Positions 24,111 through 33,019 are shown, numbered from the stretch's first letter. The stretch is 64,000 nt of DNA from Acidimicrobiia bacterium (GCA_022828135.1 JAJEJB010000003.1:514-64513); one strand, 5' to 3'. The notes: generated by a model from the letters alone, not told the origin. A program made the numbers and translations.

Positions 24111-26698
24111 CGGGCTTCCACCTCGACCGCCGTGACGTCGGTGCCCGCGGCGATTAGAGAGTTGGCCGGCGAGCCGGGTGCCAGCCAGTGGACCCTCAGC
24201 GAGCCGGCCGGAACACCCCGGTCGGCGGTCAGGGTCGCCTCGATGTGACCGAAGTCGGATACGACCCTCACCGCGGCGCCTTCGCCCAGACTGCTCCTGT
24301 CAAGGTCGGCCGGGTTGATGCGGGCGGATGCGGCTGGGGCCAGGCCTTGGCTCGACGGGCAGTGGCGCAACATTGTGCCGTCGTCGTACATGGTGCGGGT
24401 GGCCACCAGCAGGAATGCTCCGTCGGGTGGGGGCTCAGGTAGGTCCTCCCGGCCGGCGGGTCCTGTCGCAGGCTCCGTCCGGCCGACGGGGCTTCGCCCC
24501 ATTGTCGGCCGCCCGGACCTGCGCCACCCCCCGGCCTTGCCGGTCGCGCCCGCCCCCGCCAGCAACACACCTTCGACTGGATTCTCTTGCAACGCCTGCT
24601 CGGTGAGCGAGCTGTGGACGGAGGAGACTCGGGCTAGTTCGGCTCTTATGGCTTGGGGGGAGTCGAGGCCTTCGGTTGAGCCTGGCTTGAGCCTTTCGGC
24701 CAGGTCGGCCGCGATCATCCAGTCGGGGCGTGATGTTCCCGGCGGGGTGACCTTGCGGCTCATGGGGCTGACCCGACCCTCCAGATTGGTGAACGTGCCG
24801 TCGCATTCGGTGGGACCAGCGGCTGCAAGCACGATCTCGGCGGCCAGTGTGGCCGAGTCGTTCAGGAACATGTCCACCGCCGCGACGAGGGACGCCCCCC
24901 GCAGGCCCCGGTAGGCGAGGTCGCGGTCGATGAAGTCGTTCAAAGGATCGGCGCCGACGAGCACGAGCACGTCGATGTCGCCACGAGCGGCTGCCCGGAG
25001 AACGCTGGCGGCATCCAGCCCTGCGGCCGCCGGACGCCGCGGCCAGGCCTCTGCTAGGGATCCCTCGTCTTCGACGCCGTCAAGCCGCACTCGGCCGGGT
25101 AGCAGCTCCGGCGCCAGTCCTGCCTCCAGCGCGCCCATCACGTTGCCCCTCCGCAGCGCGGGCAGGAAGCGCACCGACGGCAGCGCTGACAGTTCCATCG
25201 CAGCTGCCTCGACCACCTCTGCTCCCTCGGCCAGCGACGCCCGGCCCAGCACAGCTGTCACGCCGTCATCAGCCTCTGCAAGGCACTGCGCCGCCGCTTC
25301 GATCTCGGACCGGTCCACGCCGGTGCTTCCGGCCTCGAACCCGTCGCCGACAGCCGCAGCCACCAATGCGCTCACCAGTTGAGCCGCGGTGCCGGGGCGG
25401 GGGCGCAGCGAGTGCTGGGCCAGGTGCGACAGGCCGGTCTCGCACGGTGTGACCTCGATCAGCTTCACTCCGTCGTTGACGATCCCGTGGCGCAGCCGCA
25501 GGTACAGCGTGCCCAGCTCCTCCTTGGGGTCGGGACCGATCAGAACCACGGTGCCGCCGGGCCGGCAGGCATCGTCGATGGTGGCTCTGGGCAGGCCGAG
25601 GACCACTGCGGGGTCGAGGCCGTCGCCGAGTTGGGCGTCGACGTTGTCGGTGCCGATCACTCCCTTGGCCAGCTTGGCCCACATGTACTGAGCCTCGTTG
25701 GTGAGCCGGGCCCCGCCCAGCACGGCCACACGCTCGGGCGGCACCGCGCCCACCGCGCCGGCGATCCGGTCGAGAGCCTCGCCCCAGCCGGCCTCCTGCC
25801 ACTCTGAAACCCCACCGCCTGCTGCGTCCCTCAGCATCGGCGCAGTGAGGCGCTCAGCGCTGTTTAGAGCCTCGAAGCCGAAGCGCTCCTTGTCCGTCAG
25901 CCAGCCCCAGTTGACGGCGTCGGCGTCGGCGCCCAGCACCCGCAGCACCCGGTTGCGCGACGCCTGCACCGCCACCCTGGCTCCCACGCTGTCGACCCAG
26001 GCGGTGGACAGCGTCTCGGTGAGATCCCAGGGCCGGGCCTTGAAGCGGTACGGCGCTGCGGTCAGTGCGCCCACCGGGCAGATCTGAACGGTGTTGCCCG
26101 AGAAGTACGAGGCGAATGGCTCATCGGGGAACGTGTTGACCTCGGTGTGATTGCCGCGGCCCATGAACTGGATCAGGGCGTCGCCGGCCACCTCGTCAGC
26201 GAAGCGGGTGCAGCGATCGCACAGGATGCAGCGCTCCCTGTCGAGGTAGACGGTCTCGCTGATGGCGATGGGCTTGGCGAAGTGACGCTTCTCCTCCACG
26301 AAACGGGTCTCCCCCGGCCCGTACGCCATGGTCTGATCCTGGAGGGGGCACTCGCCGCCCTTGTCGCATACCGGGCAGTCGAGCGGGTGGTTGATGAGCA
26401 GGAACTCGAGCACGCCGTCCTGGGCCTTCTTGGTGACCTCGGACTCGGTGGACACCTTCATGCCCTCCGACACCGGCACCATGCACGAGGGCTGCAGGGC
26501 GAAGCCGCGCCCAGTGTCCACCTCCACCAGGCACATGCGGCACATCCCCACCGGGCTCATCCGCGAGTGGTAGCAGAACCTCGGGATGTAGGTGCCGCTG
26601 CGCTCGCACGCCTCGATCAGCATCTCTCCCGGCGTTGCCTGCACCGCGACGCCGTCGACGGTGATCTCCACGGCAGTCCCGAGTTCTGCCGCGGTCAC
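24107..26698 (-). CDS. nuoG: NADH-quinone oxidoreductase subunit G (copy 2), carrying an in-frame repeat-element insertion
   Basis: 863-aa product with an N-terminal 2Fe-2S/4Fe-4S region (IPRFCYHSRMSPVGMCRMCLVEV, HPLDCPVCDKGGECPLQDQ, ERCILCDRCTRF) and a molybdopterin-fold remainder. Residues ...AGGWRRSGRPTMGRSPVGRTEPATGPAGR... are encoded by repeat family C. Confidence 0.93.
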   Translation of the reverse strand: MTAAELGTAVEITVDGVAVQATPGEMLIEACERSGTYIPRFCYHSRMSPVGMCRMCLVEVDTGRGFALQPSCMVPVSEGMKVSTESEVTKKAQDGVLEFLLINHPLDCPVCDKGGECPLQDQTMAYGPGETRFVEEKRHFAKPIAISETVYLDRERCILCDRCTRFADEVAGDALIQFMGRGNHTEVNTFPDEPFASYFSGNTVQICPVGALTAAPYRFKARPWDLTETLSTAWVDSVGARVAVQASRNRVLRVLGADADAVNWGWLTDKERFGFEALNSAERLTAPMLRDAAGGGVSEWQEAGWGEALDRIAGAVGAVPPERVAVLGGARLTNEAQYMWAKLAKGVIGTDNVDAQLGDGLDPAVVLGLPRATIDDACRPGGTVVLIGPDPKEELGTLYLRLRHGIVNDGVKLIEVTPCETGLSHLAQHSLRPRPGTAAQLVSALVAAAVGDGFEAGSTGVDRSEIEAAAQCLAEADDGVTAVLGRASLAEGAEVVEAAAMELSALPSVRFLPALRRGNVMGALEAGLAPELLPGRVRLDGVEDEGSLAEAWPRRPAAAGLDAASVLRAAARGDIDVLVLVGADPLNDFIDRDLAYRGLRGASLVAAVDMFLNDSATLAAEIVLAAAGPTECDGTFTNLEGRVSPMSRKVTPPGTSRPDWMIAADLAERLKPGSTEGLDSPQAIRAELARVSSVHSSLTEQALQENPVEGVLLAGAGATGKAGGWRRSGRPTMGRSPVGRTEPATGPAGREDLPEPPPDGAFLLVATRTMYDDGTMLRHCPSSQGLAPAASARINPADLDRSSLGEGAAVRVVSDFGHIEATLTADRGVPAGSLRVHWLAPGSPANSLIAAGTDVTAVEVEAR
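24449..24534 (-). repeat. Repeat family C copy inside the nuoG coding sequence (in frame)
   Basis: The reverse complement of 24449-24534 reads ccggggggtggcgcaggtccgggcggccgacaatggggcgaagccccgtcggccggacggagcctgcgacaggacccgccggccgg. It is near-identical to the intergenic copy at 61799-61886. Confidence 0.85.
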
Positions 26699-26733
26699 GA
26701 CGCGACCCCCGCGGTCCTGCGCGACCGGTGAGG

Positions 26734-26826
26734 TCGGGGGGTGGCGGCGAGTCGGGACGACCGACGAATAGGGCGAAGCCCGTGGCGGTCGGGCCGAGCT
26801 CGCCGACAGGACCCCCCGACCGGCGG
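26734..26826 (+). repeat. Repeat family C-related copy in the nuoG-nuoF intergenic gap
   Basis: It reads cggggggtggcggcgagtcgggacgaccgacgaatagggcgaagcccgtggcggtcgggccgagctcgccgacaggaccccccgaccggcgg. It shares the ggggggtggcg head, the GGGCGAAGCCC hairpin core and the gcgacag/gccgacag tail with family C. It fills most of an unusual 139-nt gap inside the operon. Confidence 0.7.
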
Positions 26827-26837
26827 GCGCGCGCCGG

Positions 26838-28256
26838 TCACTGGCTCGCTCCTACGGGGACTACCTCGATAGGGATGGGGTCTCGGCGGGTGATCTTGGC
26901 TTCGTACTCGTGGCGGAAGCGGCGGATGGTGGACACCACCGGGGCCACTGCGGAGGGTCCGAGCGGGCAGATGGTGGTCTGGCGGGGCGGAAAGGGCACC
27001 GCCTCTTGGCCGTTGTGGGCAGCCACCGGGTATGGGCCGGGGCTGATGTTGTCGCCTATGTCGAGCAGCAGGTCGATGTCGGAGGGCCGGCCCTCCCCGT
27101 CGAGGATGCGGCGCAGGATCTGTTCCAGCCAGGTCGTGCCCTCACGGCACGGAGTGCACTTCCCGCACGACTCGCGGGCGAAGAACTTCACCACTCGCCA
27201 CGCAGCCTTCACTGCGTCGGTGGTGTCGTCCATGATCACGATGGCACCGGATCCGAGCATCGAGCCGGCCGCACCCACCGGCCGCGCTTCCAGCGGCAGG
27301 TCCAGGTGCTCGGCGAAGAACCAGGGAGCCGAGCCGCCGCCGGGGATGAACATCTTGAGCTCGTGCCCGTCGCGTATCCCCTGGCAGAAGTTGTCGCCGT
27401 AGATCAGCTCCCGAAACGTGGTCACCCCGTGCTCGACCTCGTACACCCCGGGGCGGCGCAGATGGCCCGACACCGCGAACATCCGCGTGCCCGGCGACGA
27501 CTCCGACCCGTAGCGGCGGTAGGCCTCGGCTCCGTTGACCATCATCCAGGGCAGGTTGGAGAGGGTCTCCACGTTGTTGACGATGGTGGGCTGGCCGTAG
27601 AGGCCGACGGCGGCCGGGAAGTACGGCGGCTTGAGGCGGGGCATGCCCCGGCGGCCCTCCAGGCTCTCGATGAGCGCGGTCTCCTCGCCCACGATGTAGG
27701 CCCCCGCGCCCCACGCCATCACGATGTCGACCGAGAAGTCCGTGCCACAGATGCCGCGCCCCACGTAGCCGGCCTCGTAAGCCTCGTTGAGGGCGGCCGC
27801 TATGCGCTCCTGGGCCAGGGCCATCTCGCCCCGCACATACAGGAAGCACTGCTGCAGTCCCAGCGCGTAGCAGGCGATCAGGCACCCCTCGATGAGCTGG
27901 TGGGGATCGCGCTCCATGAGCAGGCGGTCCTTGTAGGTGCCCGGCTCGCTCTCGTCGCCGTTGACGACGAGGTAGTAGGGATGCTTGCCCGGCGGCAGGA
28001 AGCCCCATTTGACGCCGGCGGGGAACCCGGCGCCGCCCCGTCCCAGCAGCGTGGCCGCCCGTACTTCGTCATGCACCGCCGCCGGAGTCGTCTCCAGCGC
28101 GGCCCGGAGCCCCTCATAGCCCCCGGTCGCCTCGTAGCGCGCCAGGGTGAACGAATCGTCGTGCGTGAAGCGGCTCGTGATGAGCTTGGGGCCGTCGTTG
28201 TGCACATAGCCGGGCGCGTGCGCGATGTAGCCGTTCACAGCCATCTGCTGATCCAT
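26838..28256 (-). CDS. nuoF: NADH-quinone oxidoreductase subunit F (copy 2)
   Basis: 472-aa product with GRGGAGFPAGVKWGF (the FMN/NADH site) and ESCGKCTPCREG (N3 cluster). There is an ATGA overlap with the nuoE stop. Confidence 0.95.
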   Translation of the reverse strand: MDQQMAVNGYIAHAPGYVHNDGPKLITSRFTHDDSFTLARYEATGGYEGLRAALETTPAAVHDEVRAATLLGRGGAGFPAGVKWGFLPPGKHPYYLVVNGDESEPGTYKDRLLMERDPHQLIEGCLIACYALGLQQCFLYVRGEMALAQERIAAALNEAYEAGYVGRGICGTDFSVDIVMAWGAGAYIVGEETALIESLEGRRGMPRLKPPYFPAAVGLYGQPTIVNNVETLSNLPWMMVNGAEAYRRYGSESSPGTRMFAVSGHLRRPGVYEVEHGVTTFRELIYGDNFCQGIRDGHELKMFIPGGGSAPWFFAEHLDLPLEARPVGAAGSMLGSGAIVIMDDTTDAVKAAWRVVKFFARESCGKCTPCREGTTWLEQILRRILDGEGRPSDIDLLLDIGDNISPGPYPVAAHNGQEAVPFPPRQTTICPLGPSAVAPVVSTIRRFRHEYEAKITRRDPIPIEVVPVGASQ

Positions 28257-28870
28257 CAGCCAGCCACCTCGACGTCGTTGCGGCCCAGCCAGACGGGCGC
28301 TTCGCGGGCCTGCTCGGGCGGGATGACCCCGGCGAGACGCTCGGCGGGGATCGACTGCCTCACGGCGGACAGGGCGCCGTGGCGGGGAATGTCAAGACGG
28401 CTGGCGCGCAGGTCGTCGACCAGCCGGTCGAAGTCGTCGTGGGTTACCCGGCCCCGGTAGCGATAGTTGACCTGCAGGCACGGTGCTTCGGTGCAGGCCG
28501 CGATGCACTCCGCTTCCTCGAGGGTGATCATGCCGTCGTCGGTAGTTCCTCCGACCTCCACCCCCAGCGACTCGGCGGCATGGTGCAGAAGCTCCTCGCC
28601 GCCCCACAGAAGGCAGGAGATGTTGGTGCAGACGTTGATCATGTACGTGCCTACCGGCTCGAAGCGGAACATCTCGTAGAAGCCGGCTGTTCCCTTCACC
28701 TCGGCCGGGGTGGCCCCGACCAGTTCGCCGATGTGACGCATGGCGTCGTCGGTCAAGTAGCCGTCCTGCTCCTGCGCGAGGTGGAGCAGCGGGATGAGGG
28801 CCGAGCGGGACCGGGGGAACCACGAGATGATCTCGGCGGCCAGCGCCTCGTTGGCAGGACTGAGCGTCAC
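28256..28870 (-). CDS. nuoE: NADH-quinone oxidoreductase subunit E (copy 2)
   Basis: The start was trimmed to GTG (cac 28868-28870): VTLSPANEALAAEIISWFPRSRSALIPLLHLAQEQDGYL.... The 2Fe-2S ligands CTNISC...CIAACTEAPC are present. The upstream part of the track ORF translates the tandem repeat and is not NuoE-like. Confidence 0.88.
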   Translation of the reverse strand: MTLSPANEALAAEIISWFPRSRSALIPLLHLAQEQDGYLTDDAMRHIGELVGATPAEVKGTAGFYEMFRFEPVGTYMINVCTNISCLLWGGEELLHHAAESLGVEVGGTTDDGMITLEEAECIAACTEAPCLQVNYRYRGRVTHDDFDRLVDDLRASRLDIPRHGALSAVRQSIPAERLAGVIPPEQAREAPVWLGRNDVEVAG

Positions 28871-28905
28871 CGGCCCGCCTCCGGCATCGACAGGCGGCGG
28901 ACGCC

Positions 28906-29061
28906 GGTGCTCGACTTGCGAGTGAGTAGGGCGAAGCCCGTGCGAGCAAGCGAGCACCGGTGGCCGTCGCCGGGACGAACGGGGGTGCTCGACTTGCGAG
29001 TGAGTAGGGCGAAGCCCGTGCGAGCAAGCGAGCACCGGTGGCCGTCGCCGGGACGAACGGG
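28906..29061. repeat. Tandem duplication (2 x 78 bp) of a hairpin element in the nuoD-nuoE gap
   Basis: The unit is ggtgctcgacttgcgagtgagtagggcgaagcccgtgcgagcaagcgagcaccggtggccgtcgccgggacgaacggg, at 28906-28983 and 28984-29061. GTGCTCGACTTGC pairs with GCAAGCGAGCAC around the same GGGCGAAGCCC core seen in family C. Confidence 0.9.
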
Positions 29062-29063
29062 CC

Positions 29064-30353
29064 TCACCGGTCGACCTCGCCCATGATCGGGTCCACCGAG
29101 GAGATGATGGCCACGCCGTCGGCGATGAGACCGTCCTGCATCAGGTGCGGCAGGGTCTGGAGGTTCACGAAGCTGGGCGCCCTCACGTGCACCCGGTACG
29201 GCACTGACGTGCCGTCGCTCACCAGGTACACGCCGAGTTCGCCCCGCGGGGATTCCACCGCGGCGTAGGCCTCTCCGGCCGGGACCTTGAACCCCTCGGT
29301 GAAGATCTTGAAGTGGTGGATCAGCGCCTCCATCGATTCGTCGATGCGGGCCCGGGGCGGCGGCGTCACCTTCTTGTCCTGCGTCCGGTAGTCGCCTGAG
29401 GGCACCGCGTCGATGATCTGCGCGACGATGCGCAGCGACTCGCGGATCTCGTTGAGGCGGATGGCATACCGGTCGTAGCAGTCGCCGTGGGTTCCCACGA
29501 TGACGTCGAAGTCCACCTGGTCGTAGAACAGGTACGGCTCGTCGCGCCGCAGGTCCCAGGCCATTCCCGCGCCGCGCAGTATCGGCCCGGTGGCCCCGAG
29601 GGCGACGGCTTCGGCGGCACTGATGATGCCCACCCCTTGGAGCCGCTCACGCCAGATGGGCTGGCCGGTCAGCAGCGTGTCGTACTCGTCGAGTCGAGGC
29701 TCGATCAGCTCGATCAGCTCCGACACGTCGGCGCGCCAGTCGGCGGGCAGGTCGGCGGCCACGCCTCCGGGCCGGATGTAGTTGTGGTTCATGCGCAGGC
29801 CGGTGACCTTCTCGAAGAAGCGCAGCACCTCCTCGCGCTCGCGCCACCCGTAGATCATCATCGACACCGCACCCAGGTCCATGCCGTTGGTGGCCATGAA
29901 CAGCAGATGCGAGCTGACCCGGTTGAGTTCGCACATCAGCATGCGGATCCAGGTGGCCCTCGCGGGTACTTCGATGCCCAGCAGCCGCTCCGTGGCCAGC
30001 GAGAACGCCAACTCGTTGAAGAGCGGCGAGGCGTAGTCCATGCGGGTCACATTGGTGCCGCCCTGGAGGTACGTGAGCTGCTCGCCGGTCTTCTCCATGC
30101 CGGTGTGGAGGTAGCCGATGACCGGCTTGGAGCGCAGCACGGTCTCGCCCGAGAGTTCCAGCATCAGCCGCAGCACTCCGTGGGTCGACGGGTGGGACGG
30201 ACCCATGTTCAGCAGCACCAGCTCGTCGTCGCCGGGGTCGTCGGGGTCGCCGCCGATTGCCGCGGCCTCGGCCTCCGACATGCGCAGCACCGCGGAGGGC
30301 TCTCTCCGGCTGACCCGCTCTGCGCCTGCGGGTGCGATGTCGGTGGTGCTCAT
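29064..30353 (-). CDS. nuoD: NADH-quinone oxidoreductase subunit D (copy 2)
   Basis: 429-aa product with LNMGPSHPSTHGVLRL and the C-terminal MGEVDR. Confidence 0.95.
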   Translation of the reverse strand: MSTTDIAPAGAERVSRREPSAVLRMSEAEAAAIGGDPDDPGDDELVLLNMGPSHPSTHGVLRLMLELSGETVLRSKPVIGYLHTGMEKTGEQLTYLQGGTNVTRMDYASPLFNELAFSLATERLLGIEVPARATWIRMLMCELNRVSSHLLFMATNGMDLGAVSMMIYGWREREEVLRFFEKVTGLRMNHNYIRPGGVAADLPADWRADVSELIELIEPRLDEYDTLLTGQPIWRERLQGVGIISAAEAVALGATGPILRGAGMAWDLRRDEPYLFYDQVDFDVIVGTHGDCYDRYAIRLNEIRESLRIVAQIIDAVPSGDYRTQDKKVTPPPRARIDESMEALIHHFKIFTEGFKVPAGEAYAAVESPRGELGVYLVSDGTSVPYRVHVRAPSFVNLQTLPHLMQDGLIADGVAIISSVDPIMGEVDR

Positions 30354-30366
30354 CGCGGTCTCCGCT

Positions 30367-30855
30367 TCACCTGACGTTGGAAGCGGCCTTGAACTGGACC
30401 GGTATCCGGCCGCTGTCGTAGTCCTTGCGCAGCGGATAACCCGGCCAGTCCTCCGGCATCAGGATCCGTGACAGGTCCGGGTGACCCTCGAAGGCGATGC
30501 CGAACATGTCGTAGACCTCGCGCTCGAGGCTCTCCGAGCCGGGCCACAGATCGAACAGGGTGGGCAGGGTGGGGTCGTCGGCGGGAACCTGCACCCGCAT
30601 GCGCAGGCGCTCTCGCCGCTCGTGCGACATCAGGCTGGCCACGACCTCGAACCGTTCCGGCTGCACCCCTTCGGGCAGGCTCCGGTCGGCGCCGTACGTC
30701 AGGTAGTCGACTGCGGTGAAGTCGATGAGCTGGTCGAAGCCGTCGGCTCGGACCGCGGCAGCGACGTCGAGCCACTGGCTCGGTGACGGATGGATCACGG
30801 CCTGGCCGCGGGACGGCCGGTCGCCCCCGACTGGGGCCCCGTAGCGCTCAGCCAT
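30367..30855 (-). CDS. nuoC: NADH-quinone oxidoreductase subunit C (copy 2)
   Basis: The start was trimmed to the ATG at 30853-30855 ([11 protein letters not shown]...), overlapping the nuoB end by 8 nt. It contains FTAVDYL...[40 protein letters not shown]. Confidence 0.88.
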   Translation of the reverse strand: MAERYGAPVGGDRPSRGQAVIHPSPSQWLDVAAAVRADGFDQLIDFTAVDYLTYGADRSLPEGVQPERFEVVASLMSHERRERLRMRVQVPADDPTLPTLFDLWPGSESLEREVYDMFGIAFEGHPDLSRILMPEDWPGYPLRKDYDSGRIPVQFKAASNVR

Positions 30856-31447
30856 GCCCGCGGCGGATGGTCGCAGTTGCCGTCTGGCCGTCGATCTGTT
30901 GAACCGCGATGCCGGCACCGCCGGACTCGCTGGCGGCTCGGCGGGCCAGCAGCTCCCCGGACAGGATCTCCTGGTGGAGCGTGAAGATGGCGTGCATCAG
31001 CGTCTCGGGACCGGGCGGGCATCCCGGCGCGTACACGTCCACCGGCACCACCTGGTCTACGCCCTGGACGATGGCGTAGTTGTTGAACATGCCTCCGCTG
31101 GAGGCGCACACGCCCATGGAGATGACCCACTTGGGCTCCATCATCTGGTCGTAGATCTGGCGCAGCACCGGGGCCATCTTCTGGGAGACCCGGCCGGCGA
31201 CGATCATCAGGTCGGCCTGGCGGGGCGAGGCCCGGAAGACCTCCATGCCGTAGCGGGCCAGGTCGTAATGGGCCGCTCCCGTGGCCATCATCTCGATGGC
31301 GCAGCAGGCCAGGCCGAAGGTCGCAGGCCAGCAGCTGCGGGCCCTCGACCAGTTGACCAGGCTCTCAAGCTTGGCCGTCATGAAGTTGTGCTGGATGGCC
31401 TTGAGGCCGTGCTCCCGCAAGTCGGCGACCTGGTCAGAGACCCCCAT
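30848..31447 (-). CDS. nuoB: NADH-quinone oxidoreductase subunit B (copy 2), with C-terminal extension
   Basis: 199-aa product with [22 protein letters not shown] and GCPPGPE. An extra roughly 35-aa tail reads ...[32 protein letters not shown]. Confidence 0.93.
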   Translation of the reverse strand: MGVSDQVADLREHGLKAIQHNFMTAKLESLVNWSRARSCWPATFGLACCAIEMMATGAAHYDLARYGMEVFRASPRQADLMIVAGRVSQKMAPVLRQIYDQMMEPKWVISMGVCASSGGMFNNYAIVQGVDQVVPVDVYAPGCPPGPETLMHAIFTLHQEILSGELLARRAASESGGAGIAVQQIDGQTATATIRRGHG

Positions 31448-31947
31448 CAGACCACCTCCGACGGGCTGGGAACGCGGCCCTCGAGTCCCACGCGTCGAAC
31501 CGTCGTGCGAGCAGTGCGGGCCGCGGACACGATCTCCTCATCGGGCCCCGTCTCCTCGGAGGGGCTGGCCGAGCGTCCGGGCTTCGACGCCGGCCCCCAT
31601 TCGAGTGCGCCGGCGGAGATCAGATATACGAACGACTCGAACACCGCGAAGCTGAACACCAGCAGGACGACGAGTCCGAACAGTCCCAGGCCGCCCCGGG
31701 CCACCGCGTAGGGGTAGAACAACACGATCTCCACGTCGAAGACGATGAAGATCATGGCCACCAGGAAGAACCGGACGGGAAACCGCTCGGGAGTGTCGCG
31801 CGACGGCACGATCCCGCACTCGTAGGGATCCAGCTTGGGAACGGTCGCCCTCCGCGGGGCCAGCAGACCCGAGGCAACGAAGCTCCCCGCCGCGAACAGC
31901 GCCGCCAGCACGAACAGCGCGAACAGGGGGAGGTACTGCCCTAGCAC
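31447..31947 (-). CDS. nuoA: NADH-quinone oxidoreductase subunit A (copy 2), with about 50-aa hydrophilic C-terminal tail
   Basis: GTG start at 31945-31947. It contains YECGIVP...[27 protein letters not shown]. The tail reads ...[49 protein letters not shown]. Confidence 0.9.
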   Translation of the reverse strand: MLGQYLPLFALFVLAALFAAGSFVASGLLAPRRATVPKLDPYECGIVPSRDTPERFPVRFFLVAMIFIVFDVEIVLFYPYAVARGGLGLFGLVVLLVFSFAVFESFVYLISAGALEWGPASKPGRSASPSEETGPDEEIVSAARTARTTVRRVGLEGRVPSPSEVV

Positions 31948-31987
31948 CGCTCAGGCGTCCACCCGGAGGTCGATGTTCCCCCGCATC

Positions 31988-33019
31988 TCAGGCGTCCACT
32001 CGTGCTCCCGCCTCGCGCTGGCGCCAGGCCAACTTGTCGCGCTCGTGCAGGAACAGGCACAGCGCGCCGAAGATGCACAGGGAGCCGAGCGCCACCAGGG
32101 CCGGCTTGAGGCGGAGGTTGCCGAGGTCGCGGATCATGATCACCGAGATCACCGGCTTGGACTCATCGACGATGGGTCTGGGCGGAGGCTCGCCGGGAAC
32201 CAGGAGCTGATCGATCACCTCCTGGACCTGCACCACCGCGTATCGGGTTGGATGGGTGATGGTCACCGCGGTGCGGATCTGGGTCCAGATCCGGTCCCAC
32301 CGGTTCGGGTCGTCGGGCAGTCCCCGCTTGCCGCCGATGGTGTAGGCGTCGAGCAGCTTGAAGTCGTCCTGGGAGACGAACGTGAGGTCGGGGCTCTCCA
32401 GCAGCAACGCCACCGCGGAGGCCTGGGCATCGCCCGCCTCGGCGGTGGACAGGAGCTTCCAGCCGCCGAGTTCGATCCGGCCGGCCGCCTCAGCGTCCGC
32501 GATCAGGCCGGGCGACACCGCGGCCAGCTCCGACAGCGTGGTGGCACGATTGCGGGCCAACTCGTCGGCGACGAACTCGTCGATCTCGGAGGCGCTGAGC
32601 CCTTCGGTCTGGTCCGGCGTGAGCGTGTCCCTGCTGACCACGCCGAACTCGGCCTGCGCGACAGGGTCGTCGGAGTCCACGGCGAGTTCGAAGGCGGTCG
32701 GAAGCTCGGGAAGGTCGGGCAGCACTCTTGCCTCTTCCAGAGCCGCCGCGTCGAGGTCGCCCACGTTGATCTCCTGCAAGTGCCAGGTGGGAGCGTCGCC
32801 GGCCCACCCGATGCCGTAGATCCACCAGACGACGGCCATGATCACCATCCAGCCGAAGAACCCGGCGGTCGCGATGAGGGTGCCCAGCCGGGTTCCGGTG
32901 TTCAGGGCGAGCAGCAACCAGACCGAGCCCATGAGCACGATCACGCCCGCGAATACCGCCATGAAGCCGCGGATCTCGGGATCCCAGGCGAGCCCGGCGA
33001 TCACATCAAGCGATTCCAT
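31988..33019 (-). CDS. Hypothetical membrane protein (3 N-terminal TM, large acidic extracytoplasmic domain, C-terminal TM)
   Basis: 343-aa ORF lying between the cytochrome c gene and nuoA on the same strand. It has clear TM segments (FMAVFAGVIVLMGSVWLLLAL, LIATAGFFGWMVIMAVVWWIYGI, ALVALGSLCIFGALCLFL). No family was recognised. Confidence 0.6.
   Translation of the reverse strand: MESLDVIAGLAWDPEIRGFMAVFAGVIVLMGSVWLLLALNTGTRLGTLIATAGFFGWMVIMAVVWWIYGIGWAGDAPTWHLQEINVGDLDAAALEEARVLPDLPELPTAFELAVDSDDPVAQAEFGVVSRDTLTPDQTEGLSASEIDEFVADELARNRATTLSELAAVSPGLIADAEAAGRIELGGWKLLSTAEAGDAQASAVALLLESPDLTFVSQDDFKLLDAYTIGGKRGLPDDPNRWDRIWTQIRTAVTITHPTRYAVVQVQEVIDQLLVPGEPPPRPIVDESKPVISVIMIRDLGNLRLKPALVALGSLCIFGALCLFLHERDKLAWRQREAGARVDA

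Noticed and set aside
28871-29035. Upstream extension of nuoE translating the tandem repeat as LACSHGLRPTHSQVEH (twice).
   Set aside because: NuoE homology starts at VTLSPANE (GTG 28870). The extension is exactly the 78-nt hairpin repeat, whose period happens to be divisible by three. The same core sequence occurs in non-coding contexts elsewhere in the window.
28906-29061. Possible CRISPR array.
   Set aside because: There are only two directly abutting 78-nt units with no spacers. There are no cas genes in the window, and the unit is related to dispersed single-copy elements.
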